The notes under the pieces: generated by a model
Database searches by the model: none
The model's input: only the letters and a program-made list of their open reading frames with translations
What the model was told of the DNA's origin: nothing
In this document: piece by piece, positions 27,342 through 43,775 of the stretch
Numbering within the stretch: position 1 is the stretch's first letter
Layout: each line of letters opens with the position of its first letter
Position numbers and translations under genes: made by a program
Assembly: GCA_951406725.2 (NCBI GenBank)
Contig: OX597836.1
Span: 40,362,001 to 40,426,000, forward strand
Length of the DNA: 64,000 nucleotides
Direction: 5' to 3'
Source of the DNA: Octopus vulgaris
Lineage: Eukaryota

Positions 27342-27550
27342 ACTTATAGTTTCTTTATTCTCTCCGTGCCATGAGACGCATAAGACCGAAACACGATCTC
27401 TCCGACTAGTTCTGATTTCTGTCCCTATTCTGCTCTCATTCCAGCTTCTCCACTCTTCTCATCTCCTTTCTTTGTCAATGGTCCTTCGCCATGTGGTCTT
27501 AGATCCCCCCCCCCCGCTGCTCTTTTGCCCTCGGGCTGCCATTTTAGTAC

Positions 27551-27966
27551 CTATTTCTTTATTACCCACAAGGGGCTAAACAAAGAGGGGACAAACAAGG
27601 ACAGACAAACGGATTAAGTCGATTACATCAACCCCAGTGTGTAACTGGTACTTAATTTATCGACCCCGACAGGATGAAAGGCAAAGTCGACCTCGGCGGA
27701 ATTTCAACTCAGAACGTAACGGCAGGCGAAATACCTATTTCTTTACTACCCACAAGGGGCTAAATACAGAGGGGACAAACAAGGACAGACATAGGTATTA
27801 AGTTGGTTGCATCGACCCCAGTGTGTAACTGGTACTTAATTTATCGACCCCGAAAGGATGAAAGGCAAAGTCGACCTCGGCGGAATTTGAACACAGAACG
27901 TAGCGACAGGCGAAATACGGCTACGCATTTCGCCCGGCGTGCTAACGATTCTGCCAGCTCGCCGCC
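27551..27966 (-). mobile_element. SINE family A, head plus two tandem bodies
   Basis: Same junction, read as cgaaatacctatttcttt at about 27727-27744. Confidence 0.88.
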
Positions 27967-28593
27967 CTTTATTACCATCATACCATCGTTTTTTCGATCT
28001 TGTCTGAGGACGTGTCTGACACAGTCCCAGCATCCGCGCCTTATTTAGTCACAGACGCTCTTGATCCTCGTTGTCGTCTCAATTGTGTCATTTCAGACTC
28101 TTTGCAAATCACTTGATGTCGAGTGTTCTTAAGCATGTGAACTGGAAGCTGTCCATATTTTTTTTTTCTTCCATTTTGGTCGTTTTCCAATTTTCACACC
28201 CGCAAAATTAATACTGGACGGACCAATGTCTTGAATAGCTTCAGCTTCGTTTTGCGACCTATATCTTTGCTTCTCCACCATAACTACCACCACCACCACC
28301 ATCACAATGTCCACCACAACAACAACAACAAACATTACCGAGACGGATTATTAGTGGTCACCTCTACGGATAGAAATAGGAGCTAAACTTACCACGAACC
28401 ATACCTTATAGTCTTAAAATATAACAGGACAAATAAGGTAGGCAAATAACGCAATGGATGGACAATATCAGGAGCTGGTTAGGCAAGAGGGGGCGAGGCA
28501 GTGGGAAAACTAGAGAAGACATTCGTTACAATGCCAGCAATGTGCTGAGGACGTATTATGTATAACGACGACGACGGCGACGGCACAGATATT

Positions 28594-28643
<50 letters not shown>

Positions 28644-28849
28644 CGCGATTCCAGTAACCAGAGAACTTAATTCCTTACCGCCAGTGAACAATCGTTTAAG
28701 CAACACAAGTGCACAAGTACTATACCAAATCAAAGAAAAGCTGATACAGGATTATCTCAAAAGAACCAACACAGTTTAATATATTTCTCCTTACTTTTCA
28801 CGGTAGCTTGTTTGTTTCTCTTGAAACGTTTATTTATAATTCCAACAAA

Positions 28850-28946
<97 letters not shown>

Positions 28947-28997
28947 CATACATATACATATATATATATATAGATATAGATATATACATATATAGAT

Positions 28998-29034
<37 letters not shown>

Positions 29035-29112
29035 TATACATATATATACATATATATATATACATATGTATATATATATGTATATATATGTATATACATA
29101 TATATGTCTATG

Positions 29113-29143
<31 letters not shown>

Positions 29144-29236
29144 GTATATATATATGTATATATGTGTATATATATGTGTATATATATATGTGTATATATA
29201 TGTATATATGTGTATATATATGTGTATATATGTGTA

Positions 29237-29283
<47 letters not shown>

Positions 29284-29313
29284 GTGTGTGTGTGTATGTG
29301 TGTGTGCGTATGC

Positions 29314-29352
<39 letters not shown>

Positions 29353-29900
29353 CACGGAGGATATGCACGTCAACAGTTCACCCTCGATCTCACATCGCTG
29401 TTAAGTTTGGAAGGGGTTGTTTTGTTGCTTTTGTTCGTTTGTCTCTGTTTTGTTTTGTTTTTTTTTATCTTTCGTGTTCGTACTAATTTGTTCTTGTTGT
29501 TTCTTTTTGTTTTTTTGTTTTTGTACGTGTTTCTTGGAACAGTTTTTTTTCTCTCTCTCCTCCGTGAAACAATGGACCTATTTATGACGTCACAATACAT
29601 TCCTTCTTACAACTCAGATGTTATTCGAATGGACTTGTGTATGTGTGTGTATGTACGTATATGTGTAAGCGTATCTCTAGCCATATGTGTGTGTGTGGTG
29701 GTGTGCGTGTGTGTGTGTGTCTGTGTGCATTTATCTAGGCGTGTTATGTGTGTGTGTATATAAACATACATATATATGTGCTTGTGTGTGTGTGTGTATA
29801 CATGTGTACGCGGATATACATATATATATATATATATGTACACACAAATATATATATAATAGACATGCATACACTCACATATATATATATATACATACAT

Positions 29901-29969
<69 letters not shown>

Positions 29970-30077
29970 CATATTGATTATATTGTGTATATATATAAGT
30001 ATATATATATTATCTATATATATATTGTTTGTATGTAAATATTATATTGTATGTATATATATATACATATATATATA

Positions 30078-30108
<31 letters not shown>

Positions 30109-30133
30109 GTATGTATGTATGTATATATATATT

Positions 30134-30187
<54 letters not shown>

Positions 30188-30847
30188 GTTTCTGTGCGTG
30201 TGTTTGGTTATGTGTATGTGTGTGTATAAATAAATAAATATTGACAAGCACACACACTCATATACAGGGTTAGAGAGCCCAAGTCCGTTTGAGATCATCT
30301 TCAGTGTGACGTCATCCTCGCTGGGAGACAATTGTCGTAATATTTTCTCTATCGGAGCCACTATGTCAAGACACAGAACGTTTGAAGAGCTTCTCTGTGA
30401 CGTCCGACACATTCAGCCCTTTGTAAAATGGAGTCATTTCCGGTTAGAGCATTGTGATGCCTGATAGATGATAGAGTCTTCTCTACATCATCACTGATAA
30501 TGGACACTTCACGTTTGATTGTTTGTTTAGACATTTTAATAATGATTTCGTTTCAGACTATCTATTGCGGATATTCGCATATCTTGGGTAGACAATTGTG
30601 TGCATGTGTATGTGTATTTTTGTGTGTGTGTGTGTCCGAGTGTGCATATGTGTGTTTGCATGTGTATTAGTTTACGTGCGCCTTTATTTTATGCGAATAT
30701 GTGTATGTGACGTAGAAAACGGAAACATATACTTCAGCTCTGGCTATTTGTCTGTGTGTGCAGGCCAATGTGGCACCGTGGCTCGCCCACGCATAATTTT
30801 TTATTGAATTTTGCGGCTGCCATCTTCGACGAATTCATACACATATC

Positions 30848-31428
30848 TATTTCTTTATTACCCACAAGGGACTAAACATAGAGGGGACAAACAAGGACAG
30901 ACAAAGGAATTAAGTCGATTACATCGACTCCAATGCGTAACTGGTACTTAATTTATCGATCCCGAAAGGATGAAAAGCAAAGTCGACCTCGGCGGAATTT
31001 GAACTCAGAACGTAACGACAGACGAATTACGGCTATTTCTTTATTACCCACAAGGGGATAAACATAGTGGGGACAAACAAGGACAGACATAGGTATTAAG
31101 TCGATTACATCGACCCCAGTGCATAACTGGTACTTAATTTATCGACCCCGAAAGGATGAAAGGCAAAGTCGACCTCGGCGGAATTTGAACTCAGAACGTA
31201 ACGACAGACGAAATACCTATTTCTTTACTACCCCCAAGGGGCTAAACATAGAGTGGACAAACAAGGACCGACAAACGGATTAAGTCGATTATGTCGACTC
31301 CAGTGCGAAACTGGTACTTAATTTATCGACCCCGAAAGGATGAAAGGCAAAGTCGACCTTGGCAAACGGCAGAGGAAATCCCGCTAAGCATTTCGCCCGG
31401 CGTGCTAACGTTTCTGCCAGCTCGCCGC
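30848..31428 (-). mobile_element. SINE family A, head plus three tandem bodies
   Basis: Three bodies of about 185 bp, with junctions at about 31030 and 31215. Confidence 0.88.
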
Positions 31429-32050
31429 TATACTTTTAGCTTTTGCTGCGTTCATTAATGTCGGCTGGCTTAGAATCTTTTATGCAATGTTAACTCATTC
31501 TTAATTCGTTATTCTGTACTATACACAAGGGAGATAACCTTAACTACAAACCCGTTCCATCGAAATAATTACATTACGTTTTATAAATTGGCGGAATCGT
31601 GAGAGCTTTGGACAAAATTTCTTGCGGTATGTTTGAAGCATTTTTCTACGTTCCGAGTTCAAAATCCATCGAGGTCAATTTTGCATGTCACCTCTTTGAA
31701 ATCGATAAAAAACAGAAAAAAAAGGATATAGCATTAGTCAAACGCTTCAAAGTTGCCAGTCTTCTGGCAAATATTTAATGTAATTGAATGAAATACTTAA
31801 CACCGATGAAGGAAACGAATTTCTGAGGCAGCTGTCTATGAATATTGGAAGAATAAATAATCAAAAATTAGGTTTCGAAATTCAATTAACAAAAAATAAA
31901 TATGGAAACAGAAAAATATATAAAATAGTACTTTTTTCAATAAGGCGTCGCTGTCTAGTAAAGAACACAGAGCAACAAAAACAAACTTTTATTTATATAT
32001 ATATATATATATACATACAAGATAAGAAAAATGTAGAAATACATCTAAAT

Positions 32051-32109
<59 letters not shown>

Positions 32110-32122
32110 CATATATATATAC

Positions 32123-32155
<33 letters not shown>

Positions 32156-32163
32156 CATATATA

Positions 32164-32311
<148 letters not shown>

Positions 32312-32616
32312 TATATGTATGTGCGTGTATCTTCCGTTGGCTGTGTCTTAATGGGAACATTAAGTAGATATCTAGCGGTCGCTAAACAATTCAAAAGATG
32401 GCGATGTAGAGTCATTATTTACATATTTATTTCGTACATGAATTTTAGAGAAGTATTAATGTTTCGAGTCAAATATTTTTCTGTACACCTGGAAAAACAT
32501 ACATACATACATATATAGATATATAGGTACATACAAATTATCATCACTTCCAACACTCAACCACGTCATTTTGACTGCGGCCATGCTGGAGCACCGCCTT
32601 TAGTCGAGCAAATATC

Positions 32617-32853
32617 TCTTTCTTTACTACCCACAAGGGGCTAAACACAGAGATGACAAACAATGACAGACAAACAGATTAAGTCGATTATATCGACCCC
32701 AGTACGTAACTGGTACTTATTTAATCGACCCCGAAAGGATGAAAGGCAAAGTCGACCTCGGCGGAATTTGAACTCAGAACGTAGCGGCAGACGAAATACC
32801 GATAAGCATTTCGCCCGGCGTGCTAACGATTCTGGCAGCTCGCCACCTTAATA
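32617..32853 (-). mobile_element. SINE family A nested in a family B copy
   Basis: 13-bp TSD tcgagcaaatatc at 32604-32616 and 32854-32866, interrupting family B sequence. Confidence 0.9.
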
Positions 32854-32933
32854 TCGAGCAAATATCGACCCCAGGACTTATTCTTTGTAAGCCTGGTACT
32901 TATTCTATCGGGCTTGTTTGCCGATAGAATAGA

Positions 32934-33499
32934 AGGAAAGAGTGAGAGGAAGTTGTGGCGAAAGAGTCAGCAGAAGTTCGCCATTACCTTCTACCTGAGC
33001 CGTCTGAAGTTTAAGTTTATCGCTCATAAACACACACATCGCCCGGTCTGAGATTCGAACCCGCGATCCCTCGACCGCGAGTCCGCTGCCCTAACCACTA
33101 AGCCATATGCCTACACAGCATGAAATAGGTTCTGTTGATTTGCTTTATAACCAAGTAGCAGGTCATTTCTTATCGGACTTCACAAAGCCACAGAGAACCA
33201 AAAATGCATACCATTTTGGAAATTGTATTTTTCTAAAGCGTTTGTAATGTCCACGTAGATAATTACTGGGGCCCTGGGATTTGTAACACGATGCATAAAT
33301 ACGAATCTTGAGAAATTAGGTTTCTCAAAACCAGAAAGGAGAAAGCTAATTCGAGACTACAAATTCAATCCATCACTGGAACTGTAAAAATCTGTAAAAC
33401 TTTCCAGAAGTTTATCATTTAAATATATATGAACATGTCTAGATATGCAACTATATGCATGAGAATACATACATAAAGCAAAACATTCAAATCTGCACA
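32934..33499. repeat. About 565-bp local direct duplication (partner at 41768-42335)
   Basis: A family C head plus about 380 bp of flank (cagcatgaaat...aaatctgcaca) is near-identical at both sites. Confidence 0.9.
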
Positions 33500-33924
33500 T
33501 TCTGAGATTCGAACCCACGAACTCTCTCGACCGCGAGTCCGCTGCTCTAACCACTAGGCCATGGGCCTACACTGTGTCCTGCTTGTTTTGTTTTGTTTGC
33601 TCTTTTCCCTAATTCTCCGCAAGAAAACTTATTTTGCGGGCACCGCCAATTATCATTAAAGGTGCAAAACTGAATATTACCAATTGGTCAATAAATGATG
33701 AAGAATTGCAACCCTTCTCCTTGTCTTCCGTTCGTTTTTAAATTCAGTATACGTTATAGCGTTTATATATACAATTTTTCATGTATTATATACATACATA
33801 TATATATATATATACAAACATATATATATATATATATATATACAAACATACATATATATATATATGTATATATATGTCTTTATATATATGTATATATATG
33901 TCTTTATATATATGTATATATGTA

Positions 33925-33979
<55 letters not shown>

Positions 33980-33988
33980 ATATATATG

Positions 33989-34021
<33 letters not shown>

Positions 34022-34585
34022 GTATATACATGTATATATATATGTATATATACGTATATATATATATGTATATATACGTATATATATATATGTATATATA
34101 TGTAAATATATATGTATACATATATATATATGTATATATATATACATATATATGTATATATATATATATGTATGTATATATATGTATATATATATATACA
34201 TATATATATATATGTATATATATATATTTTTATATATATGTGTATATATTATAGATAGATAGATATACATGTATTTATTATATCAAATATGTAAATGTCT
34301 ATAAATATACATATATATATACATATACACACACACATACATACATACATACATACATACATACATACATACATACATACATGCATACATACATACATAC
34401 ATACAAGTACACACGCAGACACGCACACACACGAGGTTAGAGAGGCCAAATTTGTTTAAGAACATCTTCAGTGTGACGTCATCTTCACTGGGAGACAACA
34501 TACAGAGAAAGAGAGAAAAAGAGAAGGAAAATAATATAAACACCATGGCGTATGCTACATATGACGCCATGAATACATAAACATA

Positions 34586-34657
<72 letters not shown>

Positions 34658-35296
34658 CATGTGTATATAAGTATATTTATGTACAGGCATACATGTGTGT
34701 GTGTGTGTATTAGAAAGAGAGAATGGAGAAACAGAACATGTGGTGTCACTTTAGAGTGTGTAATTTATAATTAAAATCTAATTGCTGAGTGGTTAGAATA
34801 AATTACCAATTAAGAAATAATGATTAAGTGTCTTACAGCTGTTTCTGGAGTAGGTGACCCTGTGCAAAAATGTCCAATATATAGTCTTCGGTGAGAAAGA
34901 ATAAAGGAATGTCGTTAATAAAGGATATTAGTAGTTACCAGTTTATCGAAGAATTTAGTATCATCCTTGGTGAAAGGTGATGATGTTTAGCTGAGTTATG
35001 ATCAAAGAATTAAGGAAATCCCTAGATAAATATAATAACAGTCAGCAGTTAGATTATTGAATAAACAAGGAATATACTTAGTTGTTCTGCTTTCACTTTG
35101 ACATCTGATGCCTGGTGCATCCAGTGCACCTCTTCAGATACACACTGGACCTCTTCAGACAGTGTCGATTTGATGGAGAGAGGGAGCAGGCCCTTGAGCT
35201 GTATAAGCTGAACGCACATACATCGCGTTAGACACGTCAGTCCATCGTATATACTGTGACGGTACAATATAGGTTGCGCTATGGGTTACATCTATT

Positions 35297-35506
35297 ACTC
35301 TTTACTCTTTTACTTGTTTCAGTCATTTGACTGCGGCCATGCTGGAGCACCGCTTTCAATCGAGCAACTCGACCCCGGGACTTATTCTTTTGTAAGCCCA
35401 GTATTTATTCTATCGGTCTCTTCTACCGAACCGCTAAGTGACGGGGACATAAACACACCAGAATCGGTTGTCAAGCAATGCCAGGGGGACAAACACAGAC
35501 ACACAA

Positions 35507-35539
<33 letters not shown>

Positions 35540-35712
35540 CATATATACAACGGGCTTCTTTCAGTCTCCGTCTACCAAATCCACTCACAAGGCTTTTGGT
35601 CGGGTCGAGGCTATAGTAGAAGACACTTGCCCAAGGTGCCACGCAGTGGGACTGAACCCGGAACCATGTGGTTGGTAAACAAGCTACTTACCACACAGCC
35701 ACTCCTGCGCCT
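35297..35712 (-). mobile_element. SINE family B, full length
   Basis: Reverse-complement match to 20973-21389. Confidence 0.9.
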
Positions 35713-36071
35713 ATTATATCATTTCTTAATGCTGTGTGCAGAGATCCCAGTTGACAGGCCCCTAAGATTTAAGATAAAGGGGTAACACTTGCGGTAATGC
35801 AAATTAGTAGCCCCAGTTTTCTGTAACCACTGTAATCGATGAGTACACAAACAGATTTCCTGCCGGTTTCTCTGGAATTGGTCAAATCGATGTAGACACC
35901 AGTGATTAGAATCCAATAAGATTCGAAAATCGATTAAGGTAGTTCACCGTTTTTTGTTTGTTTGGTTTTTTGGGGTTATTATTATTTTTTTTTTTTGCAG
36001 TTTACGTGAAACAGCTAAATTAGCCCTTTTTATAAAGGTACTATATAAGTTAACTATGTTTATATATATGT

Positions 36072-36109
<38 letters not shown>

Positions 36110-36343
36110 AAATGTACGCATATATGTAAACGTACACACACATCTATTATAATTATTATTATTGTTATTAATGATAAGTAATGATGATGATGATGATGAT
36201 GATAATAATAATAATAATAATAATAATAGTAATGCGTTCGAATTTTGACACTCGGCCAGTAATTTAGGGGATGGTTTAAGTCAATTCCATCAACCACAAA
36301 GTGCAAATGATAATAATGTCGATGTCGATGACGTCATAATATC

Positions 36344-36392
<49 letters not shown>

Positions 36393-37102
36393 GTGATGAT
36401 GATAATGATGATGATAATCATTATCATCATCATCTCCCTCATCATCATCATCATTATCATCATCATTTCCCGGATCACCATCTCCCTCATCATTATCATC
36501 ATCTTCCTCATCATCATCATCATCGTCATCGTGATCACCATCCTAATGATGATTCTTTTAATTGCTACAAAGGCGTCGGCTGAATGCGAATAATAATGAT
36601 TTCATGAGAATCTTACGAAACTCCAAAGGGGGTAATTGGGGTGGGGGAGAAGAGAATCTGTGTGAATAATCGGTTAAAACACAGAACGGAATGGTTTATA
36701 CAGTAGGGATTTGTAATTGGGGAGCAGAGAGTGGGAAGGAAATTAGGGGAAGACAACGATAGAAGCAGAAAGAGGCGATGGAGACGGGGGTAAGGCAATG
36801 GGGAAGAAGAGAAAATGGAGGGCAAATTTAAAAAGAGAAAAAGATTAATAGTTAATCACGCCTATAGCGCCCTCTGTACGGCCATTAATACGAAGGGAGG
36901 TAACTACCTCCTCACAATGTCAGACGGGATTAGAAGTTTTGAATTAGAAATTTGAAATTGGAAATTAAGGAACGTAATTGCTTCTGGATAAATCACATTT
37001 AAATAACGGTGTTGTTGTTGGTGGTGGTGGTGGTCGTCGTCGTCGTGATAGTGGTAGTGGTGGTGGGGTGGGGGTCGTGGTTGTGGTGGTGGTAGTAATC
37101 GT

Positions 37103-37876
<774 letters not shown>

Positions 37877-38654
37877 TTTATGTTATGCAGGCCAACAGAA
37901 ATTTTGAAGACAATTTCTTGGCATACTGGCTGTTAGTATTCTTGAGTGCGTACACACCTTGTCTAATATTGTGCATACAGTTTCCATTACAAGAACATTG
38001 GTAAAGATTCTTTCAACATTCATAGTAGGAATTTTGCCAGCTTTGTCAGTTTCGTGCAAAATTTTCAGAAACACATACGATGAGTGTATACAATGCGTCT
38101 CTAGAGTATATTTCTTTATGATAACATCTAATAGTTTAGCGATTCTGTGAGTGGATGTGTTGATTAAGAAAATTGTAGTTCGGAAAAGTATTTTATTTTT
38201 TCTTCATTTTTTTTCTTTTCTTACCATTACATAACTGTATGCTGGGTAAAGCTCGCCTTCTTCGTATTAGAAGAAAATAGATTCTGCTTGTGAGTTCGCA
38301 GCTGTAATTAATTTATTGAGCTTCATTCTTAATTATGTGGAGCTTCTTTCCTAATTTTAGTGAATTTTCAGTAATCATATAATAAATTGTTGATTACATA
38401 TACATATATATATATATATATATAATCTGTTCGTCATTGTTCTTAATAACAAACAGATTGCTCTTATCGCTTTTTACATGTTACTATTTTATCGCGTTTT
38501 ATATCCTGTAGAGCAGATTTCAGGCTTTAGTCGGATGCGAAGCAAGCTGATGATGGTGGCATGTGTGCGAAACTCGACTAATGAGACTTACGAGTTCTAA
38601 ATTCCATCACACACACACATACATATGAATGAATATACATACATGTGTGTGTGT

Positions 38655-38918
38655 AGAGGCTCAATGGCCTAGTTGTTAGGGCAGCGGACTCGTGGTCGTA
38701 GGAGCGCGGTTTCGATTCCCAAACCGGGAGTTGTGAGTGTTTATTGAGCGAAAACACCTAAAAGCTCCAAGAGGCTCCCACTCTTTCTTCTGTTGGCCTA
38801 CTCGCTTAGCCAGCGGGGTGGCGTCATTTGAAGGCTAAAATAATGCGAAGCGCATTGTGACCAGCGATGTGTAGCAACATCTGATAGCCTGGTCGATAGC
38901 ATGGTGATCACGGTGATA
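38655..38918 (+). mobile_element. SINE family C with tail type 1, internally deleted
   Basis: Matches 45556-45870. Confidence 0.85.
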
Positions 38919-39174
38919 TATATATATATATGTGTATGATTTTGCTCTGGCATAGCATTACTAATAACTAATTGTTAGTACCCTCAAAATGCATATACTT
39001 TCAAGTTAAAGCCTCGGGAGGGTACATTGCGTAGCATCAATTAAGTTATGTAATCACCTTCATTAGCTTACGGCTGTTTTTGCTTTGAGACACGGTGCAC
39101 TCAGAGCTACGTGGTCGTGAGATATTCTGTAGCTTTCTCAGAGCCGTTAACACTCTCTGTGTGTGCATATATAT

Positions 39175-39365
39175 ACTCTTTTACTCTTTTACTTGTTTCA
39201 GTCATTCGACTGCGGCCATTAGTCGAACAAATCGACCCCAGGACTTCTTGTTTGTAAGCCTAGTACTTATTCTATCGGTTTCTCTTTTGCTGAACCGCTA
39301 GTTTACGGGGACGTAAACACACCAGCATCGGTTGTGAAGCGATGTTGGTGCGACAGACACACACA

Positions 39366-39418
<53 letters not shown>

Positions 39419-39608
39419 CTATATATATACATATACATATATACGACAGGCTTCTTTCAGTTTCCGTCTACCAAATCCACTCACAAGGCTTTGGTCGGCC
39501 CGAGGCTATAGTAGAAGACACTTGCCTAAGGTACCACGCAGTGGGACTGAAACCGGAACCACGTGGTTGGTAAGAAAGCTACTTACCACACAGCCACTCC
39601 TGCGCCTA
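39175..39608 (-). mobile_element. SINE family B
   Basis: Full length. Shares private variants (tgtgaagcgatgttggtgcgacagac, cttgcctaagg) with the copy at 41160-41502. Confidence 0.88.
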
Positions 39609-40128
39609 TATACACCGTGTTAAATGTGTGTGTATAACTATGCTAAAGCATTCACACATCGTGAGACTAACACATACACACACACACACATACATACATA
39701 CATGCATGCACACACGCATACACACACACACACACACGCTCAGGCACACACACACACACACACACACGGGAAATACTAATCACTGGGGTTATTGTGTAAA
39801 CTAGCTAAACGCGAGTTTTGAATATCTTGCTAACCTCAATCCATTGATGTATTAATACGTTATTGATCTCTCGCTTCTGGACTTTTTTTTTTATTTCTAT
39901 TTTACCTTTTTGCTTTTTGTTGTTTTGTATTGTTTTTGTGTCTGTTGTTATGTTATTCTCTCTGATGATACACACTTATTTCTCTTTAGCTTTTTAATGC
40001 CCCTCCATTAAATATATTAACATTCCGTTATCTATTATTTTTCATTTGGATGGCATCTGTGAATTATTTAATCTCCGAACAATTCTACTTCCCTACAGGG
40101 ACATACACACAGAAATCTATGCTTCATT

Positions 40129-40746
40129 GATGAAGTCAGAACTTAGTAATATATCTGTCCTCGTTTATCACGGATGTTTGGTTCTAAAAAGAAACAGAAA
40201 GTCGAACGCCGTGTTAAATGAATCATTGATAAACGAACAAGAGAATAAGAGAATAAGATGAAGTCAGAACTTAGTAATATACCTGTCCTCGTTTATCACG
40301 AATGTTTGGTTCTAAAAAGAAACAGAAAGACAAACACCGTGTTAAATGAATCATTGATAAACGAATAAGAGAATAAGATGAAGTCAGAACTTAGTAATAT
40401 ACCTGTCCTCGTTTATCACGGATGTTTGGGTCTAAAAAAAACAGAAAAACAAACACCGTGTTAAATAAATCATTGATAAACGAATAAGAGAACAAGAGAA
40501 TAAGATGAAGTCAGAACTTAGTAATATACCTGTCCTCGTTTATCACGGATGTTTGGGTCTAAAAAAACAGAAAGACAAACACCGTGTTAAATGAATCATT
40601 AATAAACGAATAAGAGAACAAGAGAATAAGATGAAGTCAGAACTTAGTAATATACCTGTCCTCGTTTATCACGGATGTTTGGGTCTAAAAAAACAGAAAG
40701 ACAAACACCGTGTTAAATGAATCATTGATAAACGAATAAGAGAACA
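40129..40746. repeat. About 120-128-bp tandem array, 5 copies
   Basis: Unit starts gatgaagtcagaacttag at 40129, 40257, 40377, 40504 and 40630. Length varies with the number of internal gaa(t/c)aaga subrepeats. Confidence 0.95.
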
Positions 40747-41222
40747 CATCGGAACAATAGACTTCGTGCTGAAATCCCAAATTTGTTCTTAGCAGTGTTG
40801 ATGGTTGCTTGGACGCATTTTGGCTGTTTACGCAGAATCTTTGACAGATGACAACTCGTATTATCACAGATCAAACCGTGATAAGCGAAATGCAGTTCAA
40901 AATTAGTGTTGCTTCGGATCAGTGAAGTATATCAGTGATAAAAGAGGATTAATGTTTTAGGGGATAGCTAAGTAAATACTAGGGCTAATTTGAAAACCAT
41001 AAAACTGTTGAATGTTTATCTGAATGAATTTTAATGGTACGCGCCTGTCGTTTCCGACAACGCGATCAGTCAATAGTTATTTAAACCATTTTGAATATTA
41101 ACAGACTTCACTTACCTGGGTTTCACTCAGTCAGAGGAAAATCAAAGCCCGAACGTCTGAGACGTAAACACACCAGCATCGGTTGTGAAGCGATGTTGGT
41201 GCGACAGACACAGACACACAAG

Positions 41223-41352
<130 letters not shown>

Positions 41353-41647
41353 CGACAGGCTTCTTTCAGTTTCCGTCTACCAAATCCACTCACAAGGCTT
41401 TGGTCGGCCCGAGGATTATAGTAGAAGACACTTGCCTAAGGTGCCACGCAGTGGTACTGAACCCGGAACCATGTGGTTGGTAAGAAAGCTACTTACCACA
41501 CAGTGGATGCTAGATTCAGAAAACTCAATGTGATCCCTCTCACTTTGTAAATTTGATGGATGTCCGTTGATTCCTTGTTTTGTTCATTCTACCTTTCTAC
41601 AAAAGTATTGTCTATCCATGGAACACGGACCGAGCATGAAATTTTTG

Positions 41648-41951
41648 GCTTGTTCCTTCTCGAGCCATGCCCTGGCTCATAAGAGCCGGTTTCCCGGTTT
41701 CCTTGGCGTATAGGTTCCCCACCTGGACGGGACGCCGGTCCGTCGCAGGTGAGCTGCAAGATGCAGGAGGAAAGAGTGAGAGAAACTTGTGGCGAAAGAG
41801 TCAGCAGAAGTCTCGCCATTACCTTCTGCCGGAGCCGCGTGGAGCTTAGGTGTTTCGCTCATAAACACACACATCGCCCGGTCTGAGATTCGAACCCGCG
41901 ATCCCTCGACCGCGAGTCCGCTGCTCTAACCACTAAGCCATGTGCCTACAC
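41648..41951 (-). mobile_element. SINE family C-like head with tail type 4
   Basis: The tail contains gcgacggaccggcgtcccgtccagg...gaaaccgggaaaccggc, shared with family D. Confidence 0.8.
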
Positions 41952-42335
41952 AGCATGAAATGAGTTCTGTTGATTGGCTTTATAACCAAGTAGCAGATCA
42001 TTTCTTATCGGACTTCACAAAGCCACAGAGAACCAAAAAATGCATAACGTTTTAGAAATTATATTTTTCTAAAGCGTTTGTAATGTCCACGTAGATAATT
42101 ACTGGGGCCCTGGGATTTGTAACACGATGCATAAATACGAATCTTGAGAAATTAGGTTTCTCAAAACCAGAAAGGAGAAAGCTAATTCGAGACTACGAAT
42201 CCAATCCATCACTGGAACTGTAAAAATCTGTAAAACTTTCCAGAAGTTTATCATTTAAATATATATGAACATGTCTAGATATGCAACTATATGCATGAGA
42301 ATACATACATAAAGCAAAACATTCAAATCTGCACA

Positions 42336-42990
42336 CATACATACATACATTCATACATACATACATATATATATACATGCATACATACATACATACATAC
42401 ATACATACATACATACATACATACATACATACATACATACATACATGCATACATACATACATACATACATACATACATACATACATACATACATACATAC
42501 GTACATACATACATGCATACATACATACATACATACATACGTACATACATACATACATACATACATACATACATACATACATACATACATACATACATAC
42601 ATACATACGTACATACATACATACATACATACATACATACATACATACATACATACATACATACATACATACATACATACATACATACATACATACATAC
42701 ATACATACATACATACATACATACGTACATACATACATACATACATACATACATACATACATACGTACATACATACATACATACATACATACATACATAC
42801 ATACGTACATACATACATACATACATACATACATACATACATACATACATACATACATACATACATACGTACATACATACATACATACATACATACATAC
42901 ATACATACATACATACATACGTACATACATACATACATACATACATACATACATACGTACATACATATATACGTACATACATACATGCAT
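42336..42990. repeat. (CATA)n microsatellite, about 650 bp
   Basis: Read directly. Confidence 0.97.
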
Positions 42991-43125
42991 ACAAACAAAA
43001 ACACCCTGTTGATGATGAAATTTCGATGTAGGAGCCTTGAATCTAAGTTAGAAACCGGTGCTTTCTCTATTGGCAAGAAATCTTGAAATAAAACAGAATG
43101 ATGACATACAAATGAGTGTGAATGA

Positions 43126-43186
<61 letters not shown>

Positions 43187-43708
43187 AATTTCACACTTAA
43201 TTTAAAATATTTATTTTCCAGTCAATTGTCTTACGAATATTACAAATAACGTTTCCATAATAAATCATGCGCTTGATTTCGTTCCATACTTTATCAGCTT
43301 ACAAAATAACTGTTCTGTAAATAATGAATTATGTCTTTGATTTCTTTCCATAGTTAGGCGTTACCCACGTGCTACCTTAGTGGAGTTAACAACGTTATTT
43401 GATTTCACTGGTTGTTATTACTGCTGTTATTACTATCTTGTAATTATTTCTTATTAGTTGTTTAAATACTGCGTGTATTAAACATGAAACGCGTTAACAC
43501 TGAATCTTTCTGTCTGTCTTCACCACAAGTGTTTGTAGTTGAAAGTTCTCTGCGTAATCATGTCAACACCAACTCAACTATCTCTTCGTCTGTGTGTGTC
43601 TCACCACATAATTATTTTAAAGTTAGCTTTTAAAGAGCTCCGAGTATTGAATATATTAACTGTTAATTTGTCTATCAAACAGCCTATCTTTACGTCTACC
43701 GACCAATA

Positions 43709-43772
<64 letters not shown>

Positions 43773-43775
43773 TAT

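Noticed and set aside
28757-30257. Dense stacks of YI/CV/HT-repeat ORFs here and throughout the window
   Set aside because: They are translations of (TA)n, (TG)n and (CATA)n microsatellites.
30330-30510. Minus-strand 57-aa ORF (MSKQTIKREVS...) tested as a GIY-YIG or RT remnant
   Set aside because: No recognisable motif.
37959-38150. Short ORF with faint resemblance to a hAT dimerisation motif (ILPALSVSCK)
   Set aside because: It lacks the ER.FS signature and any supporting context.
38547-38585. CUGAUGA...GAAAcucgacUA hammerhead-like motif
   Set aside because: Stem I cannot be formed and stem III is mismatched. At best a decayed copy.
43005-43065. ...gatga...GAAAccggtg motif after (CATA)n; similar weak motifs at about 6405-6435, 34830-34893 (-) and 63375-63400
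   Set aside because: Core or stems are incomplete, so they cannot be distinguished from chance or decay by eye.
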